A stretch of 64,000 nt of DNA from Wickerhamiella versatilis. Lineage: Eukaryota. A program made the translations under genes and the position numbers. Each line of letters begins with the position of its first letter. The stretch's first letter is position 1. This document shows positions 20,965 to 31,855 of this stretch, one piece after another. The stretch lies in assembly GCA_030867685.1 (NCBI GenBank), contig JAQOWU010000008.1:3410001-3474000 (forward strand), in the 5' to 3' direction. A model generated the notes under the pieces. The model was not told the DNA's origin, searched no databases, and saw only the letters and a list, made by a program, of their open reading frames with translations.

Positions 20965-23766
20965 TCAAAACATACCCTCGATTTGTCCATCTGGAGTAAC
21001 TTCGATGTTGAAAAACCCAGGCGCTGTAGGCAATCCAGGAATTGTCATTATCTCTGCCGCCAGTGCATAAAGATATCCTGCACCTACAGATGCTCTGACA
21101 TCACGAATAGGTACTACGAAACCAGTGGGACGTCCTTTCAGGTTTGGATCAGCCGACAGTGAGTACTGCGTCTTCGCGACACAAATAGGGAGGCTTCCAA
21201 AACCTTGGCGTTTATAGCGGTCAAGCTGTTGCTTGGCAAGATCACTGAGCTCGATTCCCGATGCACCATACATTTTTTGACAGATGATCTCCAGTTTTTC
21301 TTCAGGCTCCAAATTGACATCATAGAGAAACTCAAATTCAGTAGGTTTTTTGGCTGCTTCCATAACGCCTTTTGCCAGATCCACTGCACCAGCGCCTCCC
21401 TTAGCCCAGTGATCTGAAACAATCGCGTCCTCGGCTCCTGCCTTCAGGGCTTCCTCGCGAATCACGTTATGTTCTGCTTCCGTGTCTGATGTCATCTTGT
21501 TAATTGCAACAACGACAGGAGGGCCATAAGAACGAGCATTTTCTATGTGTTTGGCGAGGTTTGCGCATCCCTTTCTGAGGGTCTCAACGTCTTCCTTGAG
21601 ATATACATCGGGAAGCGGCGCACCGGGAGAGACAGGTGGTGCACCACCATGAGACTTCAGAGCACGCACGGTTGCTACAATCACAACAACATCTGGGGTA
21701 TGTCCAGAATTACGACACTTGATGTTAAGGAAACGCTCACCACCCATCGTAAAGTCGAATCCTGCCTCGGTTATAACGTATCCTTGGTCTTCTGGGTTTG
21801 CGGCACCGGCCAACTTAAGAGCTACTTTATCCGCAAGGACACTGTTGGCACCGATAGAAATGTTCGCGAAAGGACCCGCATGAACAAGCACAGGCGTACC
21901 TTCCAACGTCTGCATTACGTTTGGTTTAACAGTATCCTTCATCAATGCCGTCAAAGCCCCTCCACAACCAAGATCATCGGCGGTTATAGGGTCACCCGCT
22001 TTAGACGAAGCCACCACCATACGACCCAAGCGCTCGCGCATGTCCTCAAGGGATGTCGCAAGGGTTAAAACTGCCATACACTCGCTGGCAACACTGATGT
22101 CAAATCCTGTGTCACGAGTGTGGCCCTTCTCAGTTGGTGCACGACCTATCTCAACTCCACGTAGCATTCTATCGTTGCAGTCTACCACACGACGCCAGGT
22201 TATGGTGGCTGGGTCAATATCGAGCCGGGCAAAGCGTGTTATTTCTTCAGGTGTCAACGAATCTGGGTCACTCTTGTGAATCCCTAATTTCTGGAGACGT
22301 TTATACATCAATCCCGTAAATTTACGCTCACCTTTTTTGGTGGGGACTAAGCGGCGATAAAGAGGTCCATCCTTCTGGGTCGATTCATGGAACATGCGTG
22401 TGTCAAGCGCAGCTGCCAACAAGTTTGTTGCAGCACTGATAGCATGAATATCCCCTGTCAAATGCAAATTGAATTCCTCCATAGGGATCACCTGTGAATA
22501 CCCGCCACCGGCAGCACCACCTTTAACTCCAAAAGTAGGACCCATGGATGGCTGTCTGACGCAAGCAATCGACGGTTTGTGCATGTGCGCTCCCAGAGCT
22601 TGTGTCAAGCCCATGGTAGTGGTCGACTTACCTTCACCGAGTGGTGTTGGAGTTATACCAGCGACAAGAACGTATTTGGCATCAGGACGATTTGCGAGGC
22701 GCTCTAACACGCTAAGTTGAATTTTGGCCTTTGTAGATCCGTAGAGCTCGACCTCATGAGGCAATAGACCCATCTCTTTGGTTAGGACAGATATGTCCTT
22801 CGGTACCTGAGCGCGACTTACCTCGATATCGGAAGGGACTGGGGAAAGAGGCTCCAATGGCAGTGGTTTGACGACACCTGGCTTCTGTTCTTGCTCGAAG
22901 GCGCGAGTAGCAGCAATGTACACGTTCTTCATGAGCATAGCTACTGTCATAGGGCCTACACCACCCGGAACCGGGGTAATCAGTCCCGCAACCTTGGAAG
23001 CTTCGTCAAATGCCACATCTCCTACCATCCGGAATCCCTTCGGACGACTCGGGTCGTCAATAAAGTTGGTCCCAACATCTATAACAGAACAGCCTGGTTT
23101 CAACCAGTCTCCCTTAACATACTCAGGCTGACCTATGGCAGCTATAACGATATCTGCTGTCTTCAGAAGCTCGGGAACGTTTTTTGATTTAGAGTGTACG
23201 GTAGTCACTGTCACATTTTCTTTGCAAAGCAAAGAAGCTACTGGGCCTCCAACAATGTCTGATCGCCCCAGTACAACAGCGTTAGCACCTTCCAAGGTAA
23301 CATCACTTACCTTGAGCAGATGCAAGATTCCTTGCGGAGTGCATGGCAAGAAAGTAGGAACACCATCGCGGCTAGCAATTGCACCTACATTCTCAGGGCC
23401 AAATCCATCAACATCTTTGGCTGGTGCTACAGCTGATGTGATTACAGGCTCCGAAATATGCTTCGGGAGGGGTAACTGTACCAAAATTCCATGAACAGAG
23501 TGATCACTATTTAAAGTTGATATTTCACCAAGCAAAGTGGATTCAGCCACAGTTTCTGGAAGTGATATCACGTCACAAATTATTCCAGCCTCCGCAGCAG
23601 CCTTCTTTTTCATATTAACGTACGTGGTCGAATCTTTGCGCTCTGCGACCTGGATTATCACCAGTCGCGGTTGGAAATTTGGATACTTATCCTTGAGTTG
23701 TGTTATCGCCGCAGCTATATCACTGCGGACAGTCTGAGCGATGGTCTTACCGTCGATGAGTGCCAT
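20965..23766 (-). CDS. ADE3: Trifunctional C1-tetrahydrofolate synthase (likely cytosolic)
   Basis: LIDGK start, KDVDGF, TPVPGGVGPMTVA, TPLGEGKSTT; no clear presequence. Confidence 0.9.
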   Translation of the reverse strand: MALIDGKTIAQTVRSDIAAAITQLKDKYPNFQPRLVIIQVAERKDSTTYVNMKKKAAAEAGIICDVISLPETVAESTLLGEISTLNSDHSVHGILVQLPLPKHISEPVITSAVAPAKDVDGFGPENVGAIASRDGVPTFLPCTPQGILHLLKVSDVTLEGANAVVLGRSDIVGGPVASLLCKENVTVTTVHSKSKNVPELLKTADIVIAAIGQPEYVKGDWLKPGCSVIDVGTNFIDDPSRPKGFRMVGDVAFDEASKVAGLITPVPGGVGPMTVAMLMKNVYIAATRAFEQEQKPGVVKPLPLEPLSPVPSDIEVSRAQVPKDISVLTKEMGLLPHEVELYGSTKAKIQLSVLERLANRPDAKYVLVAGITPTPLGEGKSTTTMGLTQALGAHMHKPSIACVRQPSMGPTFGVKGGAAGGGYSQVIPMEEFNLHLTGDIHAISAATNLLAAALDTRMFHESTQKDGPLYRRLVPTKKGERKFTGLMYKRLQKLGIHKSDPDSLTPEEITRFARLDIDPATITWRRVVDCNDRMLRGVEIGRAPTEKGHTRDTGFDISVASECMAVLTLATSLEDMRERLGRMVVASSKAGDPITADDLGCGGALTALMKDTVKPNVMQTLEGTPVLVHAGPFANISIGANSVLADKVALKLAGAANPEDQGYVITEAGFDFTMGGERFLNIKCRNSGHTPDVVVIVATVRALKSHGGAPPVSPGAPLPDVYLKEDVETLRKGCANLAKHIENARSYGPPVVVAINKMTSDTEAEHNVIREEALKAGAEDAIVSDHWAKGGAGAVDLAKGVMEAAKKPTEFEFLYDVNLEPEEKLEIICQKMYGASGIELSDLAKQQLDRYKRQGFGSLPICVAKTQYSLSADPNLKGRPTGFVVPIRDVRASVGAGYLYALAAEIMTIPGLPTAPGFFNIEVTPDGQIEGMF

Positions 23767-23844
23767 AGCGAAACCGGATCCTATCGGGGTAAGGGGTAAG
23801 GTCTTAGTATTATATATCCCTCCACTCTCTACATACATTTTAAA

Positions 23845-25977
23845 CTAGAGGAGGAGTGCCAAGCTTGCTTGTAGTGCGTATAGTTTGTTGCCAAAATTTG
23901 TATAAATCATTTCAACGAAAGTTCGCAAATTTCGCTGAAATGATTGCTCGTATGCATCTATATTCCGTTTCAGGAATTCTTCTAGCTCCTCACTAGTAAA
24001 TTCTTCATTATTGAGCGAAGTATTATTATTGACACTCAAGTAAGCCTCCTTAACATCTTCATTTCTCAAAAAGTGCGCAAATGCAGTTACTAGGCGAAGA
24101 AGTTTCGCTTGGAGTTTTATCAGGCCAGGTGTTCGCAGAAAGCACTCCCGCATGCAGTTATCAATAAATAAAGTGTGACATTGAGTGGCCTCTTCAATAT
24201 CATTAATTTCAGAAAGGCGATGTATCAACTCTGACCATTGTGATTCGCCTACATCGAGAGTAGAATGGCGAATGAGTGCCAAAACGAACATGCTCATCTG
24301 ACCCCTTAAAGCCTGCGCCCTCTTTTTCACAGGTTCAAGTTCATTTCGTGGGTAATGCCAAATAGGGTTTTTAATCTGGTCCATACCTGCATCTGTAAGA
24401 GCCTTATCTGCAAGCCTGAGTTGCCAGAGATTTCGAAAAATGTATTGATACCTTCGAAGAGTGACAGGAAGAATGACAAGAGTCAGCGGGAAAGGTACCG
24501 AAACCTCGAGTTGTAATCTATCCTGGACCTCCAACATGGGATCTTCAGCAGCATATCGAGATTCTGTAGAAAGTAGGACGAGCTGATCAGCCAGTTTAGC
24601 TGGTGCTAGCGAAATATCAACAGCAACATGCGTCTTAGTGAGAGCAAATATAGAGCGTATTCTTTCGAATGACGCGTCTTCAGCTGTTTTTGACAATTCT
24701 ACGGCCGCAGAAGATATAAAAGATGAGATATAGTGTGCCTCTGATATGAAAAATAGATTGCGCAATAACAAAAGCCAACCACGAAGGTCAAATTGTGGGC
24801 TATTCATAAGCGAAAATAGAGCCTCACTGGCAGATCGATGTGCTGCAACTATTACAGAGTACACCCGAGGATCCTCGATGCTTTCGACGGTATCAGGGAG
24901 TTTTGTCGTGTGAGGTAGAAACTCGGGCCCCGCACACTCCCGAATAACATTTAAATACTTGCCCGTCGAAACCAGTTTTCCATATATATCTGGGGAACTA
25001 AGTTGTAATGGCAGTTCAAGCGTTCTGGCAGTGTATCTCGTATTCCAATATGGTTCAATATGAGTCTCCTTATTGTCTGAGGCAGGAGTTTCTTGAACCA
25101 TAAACTCGTCGAATGGATCCACTATGCGTCCTTGTTCTAACCATATATTAAGCATTGCCAAGTAAGGGCGCGATGCATGCTTTAAGAGTTCAGGGTAGAC
25201 AGGACTCAATGAGTTCTGATAGTGCAATTCCGCGAGCACCCGGAGGACAGAACCTCCTCTCAGTTCAGTAGAAGCTTCTTGTTCATCAAAAACCTCACCT
25301 GAATCTGCAATGGCCCGCCAAACAAACTGTCGTCGTTTTCGGGTGCCACCATCAGCGACTTTTTCAACAAGATACTTTCTTGATCCTGCCTGCAATTCGC
25401 TGGCCACAGTATATGCATCTTGAAAATTACTACTACTTGGCTGAACAAACATCCACAACTTGTACAACGTAAAATTGGAATCACTCAATGCCTCAGATTG
25501 AACGCGAGCCACTACCAGCGCGAAATCATTGCATAAGGAACGAAAAGCAGCTGCTAGGGCATTATTTACCTGTCCATAACGCAATCCAGTGAAAAAGTTG
25601 CTATATGCTTTCACGCCATACACCATGCGGCTTAGGCCAGCCACTTGTTCAATAAGTTGTCGCAACGCCAAGTCAAGGCCGCTGTGATACTTGTATTCCG
25701 GGCCACGCAGCCTGTCAGCCTTTACTGAGGAATCAAAGCTTTCCGAAAACCTCACAAAGTCCCCCTCGCACCCACATAGGAGCATAATTGCATCATTGAT
25801 GAGCAGTTTTTCTTGCTCGAGCTGGTTAGCACTTATCTGAGGACCAGGCCCAGTAAAAGCCTCCGCCTGCGGGCGTAATAATGCAGATGGTGGAAGAGGT
25901 TCAATCTGTATGTCTAGGTCCACATTCCTCGGATTAAGACGCGTTATAATAGGCCATAATTTTGAGGTGTCTCCCAT
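23845..25977 (-). CDS. SPC97: Gamma-tubulin complex component (GCP2/Spc97 family)
   Basis: PYLAMLNIWLEQGRIVDPFDEFMV, TGKYLNVIREC, VPFPLTLVI..RYQYIFR; first ATG at 25977. Confidence 0.8.
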   Translation of the reverse strand: MGDTSKLWPIITRLNPRNVDLDIQIEPLPPSALLRPQAEAFTGPGPQISANQLEQEKLLINDAIMLLCGCEGDFVRFSESFDSSVKADRLRGPEYKYHSGLDLALRQLIEQVAGLSRMVYGVKAYSNFFTGLRYGQVNNALAAAFRSLCNDFALVVARVQSEALSDSNFTLYKLWMFVQPSSSNFQDAYTVASELQAGSRKYLVEKVADGGTRKRRQFVWRAIADSGEVFDEQEASTELRGGSVLRVLAELHYQNSLSPVYPELLKHASRPYLAMLNIWLEQGRIVDPFDEFMVQETPASDNKETHIEPYWNTRYTARTLELPLQLSSPDIYGKLVSTGKYLNVIRECAGPEFLPHTTKLPDTVESIEDPRVYSVIVAAHRSASEALFSLMNSPQFDLRGWLLLLRNLFFISEAHYISSFISSAAVELSKTAEDASFERIRSIFALTKTHVAVDISLAPAKLADQLVLLSTESRYAAEDPMLEVQDRLQLEVSVPFPLTLVILPVTLRRYQYIFRNLWQLRLADKALTDAGMDQIKNPIWHYPRNELEPVKKRAQALRGQMSMFVLALIRHSTLDVGESQWSELIHRLSEINDIEEATQCHTLFIDNCMRECFLRTPGLIKLQAKLLRLVTAFAHFLRNEDVKEAYLSVNNNTSLNNEEFTSEELEEFLKRNIDAYEQSFQRNLRTFVEMIYTNFGNKLYALQASLALLL

Positions 25978-26300
25978 AGTAGGGGAGGTGGGTCTGTCAG
26001 CATCCAATACTATATGATGTGAAGACAAAAGGAAGAGAATATATCAAAATTTACTGATCCCCACTATTATTTGTCGTGTGTATTATTGGAAGAATAAAAA
26101 GAGTACATGACAAAAGATTGTATTCATGCTCGCTCAACAATTACAACAGCTAGAGTGGGCCAAGGTATATTTCCGTCAATATTCAACCTTGTTCAACCAA
26201 TTTTTGTGATTTATATCATTAGAGAGCATTTAATTGTTAAAAGCTAGTCATAATAAAAGAATAATGTACCCCAGCATTCGGTGGCGACTGAGTAATCATC

Positions 26301-27068
26301 ATGTTCCTCACACGCAGTGAGTACGATCGGGGCGTCTCGACGTTCTCGCCTGAAGGGCGTTTATTCCAGGTCGAATATTCTCTAGAAGCTATTAAGCTTG
26401 GATCTACTGCCATCGGTATTCGCACAAATGAGGGTGTACTTTTAGGAGTTGAGAAGAGAGTAACTTCGTCTCTTCTGGAAAGTGGCTCAATCGAGAAAAT
26501 CGACGAGATTGACCGTCATGTGGGATGTGCTATGAGCGGACTTACTGCAGATGCTAGAACAATGATCGATCATGCACGGGTCGAAGCCACTTCCCACGAG
26601 TTTAATTACGACGAGCCTATCAAGGTGGAGTCCGTGACCCAGAGTGTTTGTGAACTTGCCTTGCGATTTGGTGAAGGAGGAGACAGTGAGGAAAGAGTAA
26701 TGTCTCGTCCATTTGGCGTTGCGCTTCTTATCGCTGGTTGTGATGAAAATGGTCCACAACTATATCATACTGAACCCACAGGCACATTCTACCGTTATGA
26801 AGCCAAAGCCATTGGCTCTGGCAGTGAAGGGGCTCAAAATGAATTGCAGCAGGAGTACCATTCGGCGCTGACGCTGGCCGAAGCCGAACTGTTGCTCCTT
26901 AAGGTTCTAAAGCAAGTTATGGAAGAGAAGCTTGAGGCAAAAAACATACAAGTCGCTAAGGTCACGCCTCAAGACGGCTTTCACGTTTATACTGATGCTG
27001 AACTAGATGACGTTGTTGGCCGACTGGCTACGGCTCAACCGCAAGAAGAAGAGACTAGTTCTGCTTAG
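26301..27068 (+). CDS. PUP2: 20S proteasome alpha-5
   Basis: [26 protein letters not shown]. Confidence 0.97.
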   Translation: MFLTRSEYDRGVSTFSPEGRLFQVEYSLEAIKLGSTAIGIRTNEGVLLGVEKRVTSSLLESGSIEKIDEIDRHVGCAMSGLTADARTMIDHARVEATSHEFNYDEPIKVESVTQSVCELALRFGEGGDSEERVMSRPFGVALLIAGCDENGPQLYHTEPTGTFYRYEAKAIGSGSEGAQNELQQEYHSALTLAEAELLLLKVLKQVMEEKLEAKNIQVAKVTPQDGFHVYTDAELDDVVGRLATAQPQEEETSSA

Positions 27069-27086
27069 GATCATAATAAATAAGGC

Positions 27087-28355
27087 TTATTCTGCAAGAT
27101 GTTCATATTCTGGAAACTCCCGCAACTTTTGATAGAAAAACTTTTCAAGCTTATTGGCATTTTTGTAGTAAGTAGTGGAATCACCATTGTACTTTCTACA
27201 GTTGTCAAAAATGAGACGAGCATCATACACAAAGGACTCCATACCATCGTACTGGTCCTTTTCGACTTTTAGCTCCATTGTGCTAAGGTCCATTGGCTCC
27301 TTAATGAGGTCATAATAGTCTGGTACGTCTTCTTTCGAAACAGGGCTTGTAAATGGCCATGCGGATGGATGGGCCTGCATCTCTCCTAGCAAATGCTGCA
27401 TTATAGCAAATTCACCATGTCTCTTTGGTCGGCGAGCAAGCGCATCTATCTCAGCGGTCCAGCCTGCTTCCTTCACCCCAGCTATGCTCATCGGATTGAT
27501 CTCTGTTCCAGGTTCTTTCTTGAATGCCTCGATCCCTGGATAGACTACATCATTGCGGGATATTTCTCGGATTTTCTTGTTTATAGCAGCTTTCTGGAGC
27601 AAAAGTATTTTTGACGCGTCTAGATAACGGATTCGGGGAACCATTGTGCACTGCATTAACGTTCCACCCTCATAGTCCTTGATATAACCCATCCATTGCT
27701 CTTTAGGAAGTGTAATGTCTTTAGTAAATCCCTGTTTCTTGAAATAACCGATGGCATAATTATCGGCGTAAGTTAAAAAATGCATGATTTGCGTGGTATT
27801 CTTGACATAATCCTTCAAATGGTTCATCATATGCGCACCATATCCACGAACTTGTTCCGACGATGAAATTGCGCAGAATACGATCTCTGCAAAGCGATGA
27901 GACTCAAATGGGCGGTAAGCTATTCCACCTACGACAGTCATTGGTTTGCGCACAACGGCGATGGATACATGATTACGGTCATACACTAGTCTTGAGATAT
28001 ATTCTCGGGGCATTTTGGGAAGTTGTCTCTGGAAAATGTTCTTTAACCCGGTCAGTATAAGAAAGCTCTCGCGAGATCCATCATTGTTCACAACACGAAA
28101 TTCAATACGTCCCTCAAGCTCTTCAATAAGTCCTGGTCGCTCTCTGTAGCTATATTGAACACCATCATATTCGAACAAGTTATGATATCGTTCTTCATCC
28201 TCCTCGTCTTCGTCGTCTTCTGCAGCCTCGGCTTCTTCCACTCCAGCCTGCTCTGCCTCTGATATTTTCGGCAGGATTCCCTGCTCCAGTTCATCAGCTT
28301 CCTTTTTGTCCTCCTCCAACTTATCTACCCGGGCACGCTTGGCCTCAGGCTCCAT
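27087..28355 (-). CDS. GCN5: Histone acetyltransferase with bromodomain
   Basis: [35 protein letters not shown], bromodomain. Confidence 0.97.
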   Translation of the reverse strand: MEPEAKRARVDKLEEDKKEADELEQGILPKISEAEQAGVEEAEAAEDDEDEEDEERYHNLFEYDGVQYSYRERPGLIEELEGRIEFRVVNNDGSRESFLILTGLKNIFQRQLPKMPREYISRLVYDRNHVSIAVVRKPMTVVGGIAYRPFESHRFAEIVFCAISSSEQVRGYGAHMMNHLKDYVKNTTQIMHFLTYADNYAIGYFKKQGFTKDITLPKEQWMGYIKDYEGGTLMQCTMVPRIRYLDASKILLLQKAAINKKIREISRNDVVYPGIEAFKKEPGTEINPMSIAGVKEAGWTAEIDALARRPKRHGEFAIMQHLLGEMQAHPSAWPFTSPVSKEDVPDYYDLIKEPMDLSTMELKVEKDQYDGMESFVYDARLIFDNCRKYNGDSTTYYKNANKLEKFFYQKLREFPEYEHLAE

Positions 28356-28765
28356 AGCTACCCCAAGTGATATTTATAACGTAATCAGATGGATAAACGC
28401 ATGACAGGTTGTTCTACGTACTGGATGTAAAACCACTTACTATTATTCTTATATTAAGGCATCACTATTCATTATTTTGATTTTGGTTGCTTTAACTGTT
28501 TTATATAGATCGCATGTAAGTTCATTCTTTGGTCACTACCCCATATGTGTTGATTCGTTGTTGACTCCAAATCCCGTGGTATCAATCAAACCTTTTTTTT
28601 TGAAATAAAAAATGATATGAGATAGCTTGGTCACTATATTCATTGAATATCATGCTTGTAGAAATGCGAGATAATTTTTGTACATTATGTTAGTCAAATT
28701 CCATCCATAAGTAAATTTGAATAGATAATAAAATACATATTAAATAGACTATGCATGCTTAATTC

Positions 28766-30607
28766 TTAACTTAGACCGCCATCTTCATCACTTTTATCAT
28801 CATCTTCAGAGGGCAGGTCTAGAAGACCTAAGTTTTCTGTCTGACGTTGCAGGTCACCGAGTCCTGATAGCTCAGTTACAAAGTCTTGATCGTTAAGAGC
28901 ACGTTTAACAAAGTCCCATCCAGTTTCTTGCCACGAAGATACTATTATTTCACTACATGCAGAACAACTGCCGGAAGAAGGTCCCCAAATAGATTTTGTC
29001 TCATGAAATTTGAGAAATCCCCGAAGTTGATGAGGCAGGGACCCAAGAGGCGTTTCAGCACCAGCAGGAGCTCGTGATCGCTCAGGGTGTTGCATAATCT
29101 GCGCTAGAAGTTCCACAGCATTAGCAGATGCCAACATTGCGACACCAGGCCGCGTTACAGTACACATCTGGTCCAGCGGTAGTCGAGAGACAGAGTCAAT
29201 AGGTGCTACAACATCATTGCAGAAGTAACATCCCAAATTAGGTGGGGTTCCCACTCCATGGCGCATGACAAGAAAAGAATCAAAGCCCAGTGCGACATTG
29301 ATTACTGTCTTTTTTAAAGATTGAGTGATCACAGTAGGAAGCCAGCGACTTTCTCTGCTATCCATTAAGAGAAAGATGACGTCGTGCTTATCTATAAGGT
29401 CCACCAACTTATCATGATCTGCATGTTGTCTGGCATCGTTGGTCACTGGATGGCCAGCCATCGGGATGTCCAAGGATACACCCGTTGCTATGCATCCAGG
29501 GAAAATTTGTCTCAGGGCCTGTGCAGCAGCTTCAGCCTTTGGCACTTGTTTCGAACTATCCTCGTGAACAAATAGTGGTTGGCGCACAGGATTAGAATAG
29601 GACACAGTACCATTGTCCACCAGAGTGATATTGCGCACACCCCATGCTAGTAGTCCACGGGAGATATAACATCCTAATGTTCCAGCTCCTAAGAGAAGAC
29701 ACTTAGTATTCTTGATAGCATCCAGGTCTAGTTCAGGAGCGGCACGCCACTTCATGAGTCTCAAATTAAGGTCCACTGCTTGCTCAGCAAGATCAAGTGG
29801 ATCCATGAGTGAACTGAGATCTGTAAATTTCGGCAGAAGTCTGTTTTGGCTGTTTCTCTCCCAACCAACAGCTCCCCTCACATCAAGACAACTCTCGTCG
29901 ATACCTCGAATTTGTATCCACTCTCCACGAATGTGATTACCACGCCAAATATATACAAACGCTTCCTTAAAGCCCTTTAATGAGAGGGCTCCACACAGAT
30001 TGCGAACATGCCAGGGCAGTCTACCCGGTTGAGACCCGAAATCCACGACTAACAGAGTCGGATTATCAGGGGTTACGCAATGCAATGGAATAACTTGGCC
30101 ATCCTTCAAGCCAACCACTGGCTGTTCTGGCAAAGAAGATATTTCAGGGGACGCTCTATCCACCTGAACTGCCTCAGCTGTCCAACTGAGTGCAGGAAAC
30201 ATAACCCAATAGAAGAATCTGTACTTTTTGAGGTCAGCGTATGATATAACAGAAAATCGTAGAAGCAGAGATGGGTCCAGCCAGGCATCTTGCAATGAAT
30301 CCACAATACCCTGTACTTTGGATCTTAGATATGCAATCTTATCAAGCTCCTTAAAAGATTCCATAGTATTCAAGTTACTCAGTTCGCCATCTAAATAAAA
30401 GCAATTGGAACTCGAGAGTAACTCTTTTGAATCCAAGCTCCAATTCGACAATAACAGAGATGGCGGTCTATTGACAGCACTTGAGATAGCCATTGTTCCT
30501 TTCAGCGGAACGGTCGCCTCGCTGAGGCGTGCTTTATTGAGTTTAAAGTCCGAAAGAGAGCTGAAGAAAGGGGCTTCCACAAATGATCGTGGCGGCGAGA
30601 ATTCCAT
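28766..30607 (-). CDS. ATG7: Autophagy E1-like enzyme
   Basis: DLNLRLMKWR, LLLGAGTLGC, LGCYFCND, LDQMCTVTRPG. Confidence 0.96.
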   Translation of the reverse strand: MEFSPPRSFVEAPFFSSLSDFKLNKARLSEATVPLKGTMAISSAVNRPPSLLLSNWSLDSKELLSSSNCFYLDGELSNLNTMESFKELDKIAYLRSKVQGIVDSLQDAWLDPSLLLRFSVISYADLKKYRFFYWVMFPALSWTAEAVQVDRASPEISSLPEQPVVGLKDGQVIPLHCVTPDNPTLLVVDFGSQPGRLPWHVRNLCGALSLKGFKEAFVYIWRGNHIRGEWIQIRGIDESCLDVRGAVGWERNSQNRLLPKFTDLSSLMDPLDLAEQAVDLNLRLMKWRAAPELDLDAIKNTKCLLLGAGTLGCYISRGLLAWGVRNITLVDNGTVSYSNPVRQPLFVHEDSSKQVPKAEAAAQALRQIFPGCIATGVSLDIPMAGHPVTNDARQHADHDKLVDLIDKHDVIFLLMDSRESRWLPTVITQSLKKTVINVALGFDSFLVMRHGVGTPPNLGCYFCNDVVAPIDSVSRLPLDQMCTVTRPGVAMLASANAVELLAQIMQHPERSRAPAGAETPLGSLPHQLRGFLKFHETKSIWGPSSGSCSACSEIIVSSWQETGWDFVKRALNDQDFVTELSGLGDLQRQTENLGLLDLPSEDDDKSDEDGGLS

Positions 30608-30691
30608 TTTTGTGGCGTGTCTTTAGACGGCTCGGAAGAGAAGGTTCTTTCGTAAGCAAGGGTGTAGTAAGAGCTCGTGATCGAATTTCTC

Positions 30692-31204
30692 ATGGTGGCA
30701 GTTGCAAATTATACTAATATCTTTGATCATGATTTTGCTACGACTACCCTTGCATTCTTTTTAAAATATCCAAATCCTTTTGCGAGCCATGTCGTGTCTT
30801 GTGATACCTACGCTCAGTGGATCGACAACCGGGGATTGTGGACAGAACGGATAGTACACAAGCAGGGCAATGTACCAGCGGTTTTTCGTGCCCTTGTTGG
30901 TGGGATTACTGATTCGTGGATGATAGAAACATCATTAGTCGATCGCAAGAGTAGTACTTTACAGAGCTGGACACGAAACATTGATCATCGCTTGATCCTG
31001 AGGGTCGACGATATAGCCACATACAGGGCTAAAAAAGCCGATACGCAGGTAGACCACCGAGTGGAATTTCGTTCACGGCTCGGCTGGGGATTCCGAAGTA
31101 AGGTGGAGGAATGGTGTTCCAAGCATTTTGCATCACGAATAGAAAACTCTCATCGAGGATTGGCCTATGTGATGAGCATCATCCGCAGAAATTCTGTCGC
31201 CTAG
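30692..31204 (+). CDS. UPS1: PRELI/Ups mitochondrial lipid-transfer protein
   Basis: AFFLKYPNPFASHVVSCD, WTRNIDH. Confidence 0.8.
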   Translation: MVAVANYTNIFDHDFATTTLAFFLKYPNPFASHVVSCDTYAQWIDNRGLWTERIVHKQGNVPAVFRALVGGITDSWMIETSLVDRKSSTLQSWTRNIDHRLILRVDDIATYRAKKADTQVDHRVEFRSRLGWGFRSKVEEWCSKHFASRIENSHRGLAYVMSIIRRNSVA

Positions 31205-31311
31205 AATGACTTTGTTGCCAAATATATACAATTTAACCCTCTGGCATCTCTCGTACAGAGATAAAGATGTTTAAGTGACAATCGTCTCTCTTTTTTCTTT
31301 TTTCTTTTTTA

Positions 31312-31320
31312 GACACAAAA
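31312..31320 (+). promoter_or_regulatory. Middle sporulation element (Ndt80 site) GACACAAAA
   Basis: Exact GNCRCAAAW match after a poly-T tract. More CRCAAAA cores lie near 31395 (-), 31434 and 31637. Confidence 0.55.
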
Positions 31321-31414
31321 AGAAAATACGTGGGATATAGAGGCTACAATTCTCGTGGAAACCTTTTTGGATTTAGTCAATTGATCAATAAGCCTTTTGT
31401 GGACCCACCAAGAA

Positions 31415-31825
31415 ATGTGGCTGTTCAAAAGACCACAAAAAAAACATGCCGCAAAGTACTATCCTAAACTGACGAAAGAGCGACTAATGGAAATATTAGT
31501 TCGTGAAATTGAGAACCTTGACAGCATATTAGACCGGGATCCCCCCATTGAAAAATACCCTGAGGCCTCACTGGCAGATGTGCTTTTAGCTTCAGGAGCA
31601 TACTACCAGCACCTAAAGATATCTCGCCGTAGATTGCGCAAAAAAGATTTGGAACTATTGGAGTACCTCAGTACGGTGAGTCCCAGAGAAACCACCTTTC
31701 CCGCCAGTTGTCTCCGTCTTCATGAACAGTTAAAGCAGCTTCCTGAAGATAGTGCATTGACAAAAGTGAAGACCTCAGAGCTCCTAAATTTATACGTATT
31801 TCTTTTGAGTCGTCTGGAAGAGTAA
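31415..31825 (+). CDS. Hypothetical 136-aa protein, possibly a 5' exon or extension of the RIM4-like gene
   Basis: Fills an otherwise empty gap; helical, charged composition; same frame as the next ORF; no recognised family. Confidence 0.5.
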   Translation: MWLFKRPQKKHAAKYYPKLTKERLMEILVREIENLDSILDRDPPIEKYPEASLADVLLASGAYYQHLKISRRRLRKKDLELLEYLSTVSPRETTFPASCLRLHEQLKQLPEDSALTKVKTSELLNLYVFLLSRLEE

Positions 31826-31855
31826 GTCCCAACTGAACAAGACGACTTGGTTGCG

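Noticed and set aside
23767-23838. 24-aa extension of ADE3 as a mitochondrial presequence
   Set aside because: No Arg, contains Glu, and spans the likely TATA box
25990-26055. Intron at the SPC97 5' end (GTAAAT...TGCTGACAG)
   Set aside because: No open upstream exon with an ATG; donor is weak
28385-28467. Minus-strand C/D snoRNA or 5' UTR intron upstream of GCN5
   Set aside because: Imperfect C box, mismatched antisense element, no good branch point, TATA lies inside the putative intron
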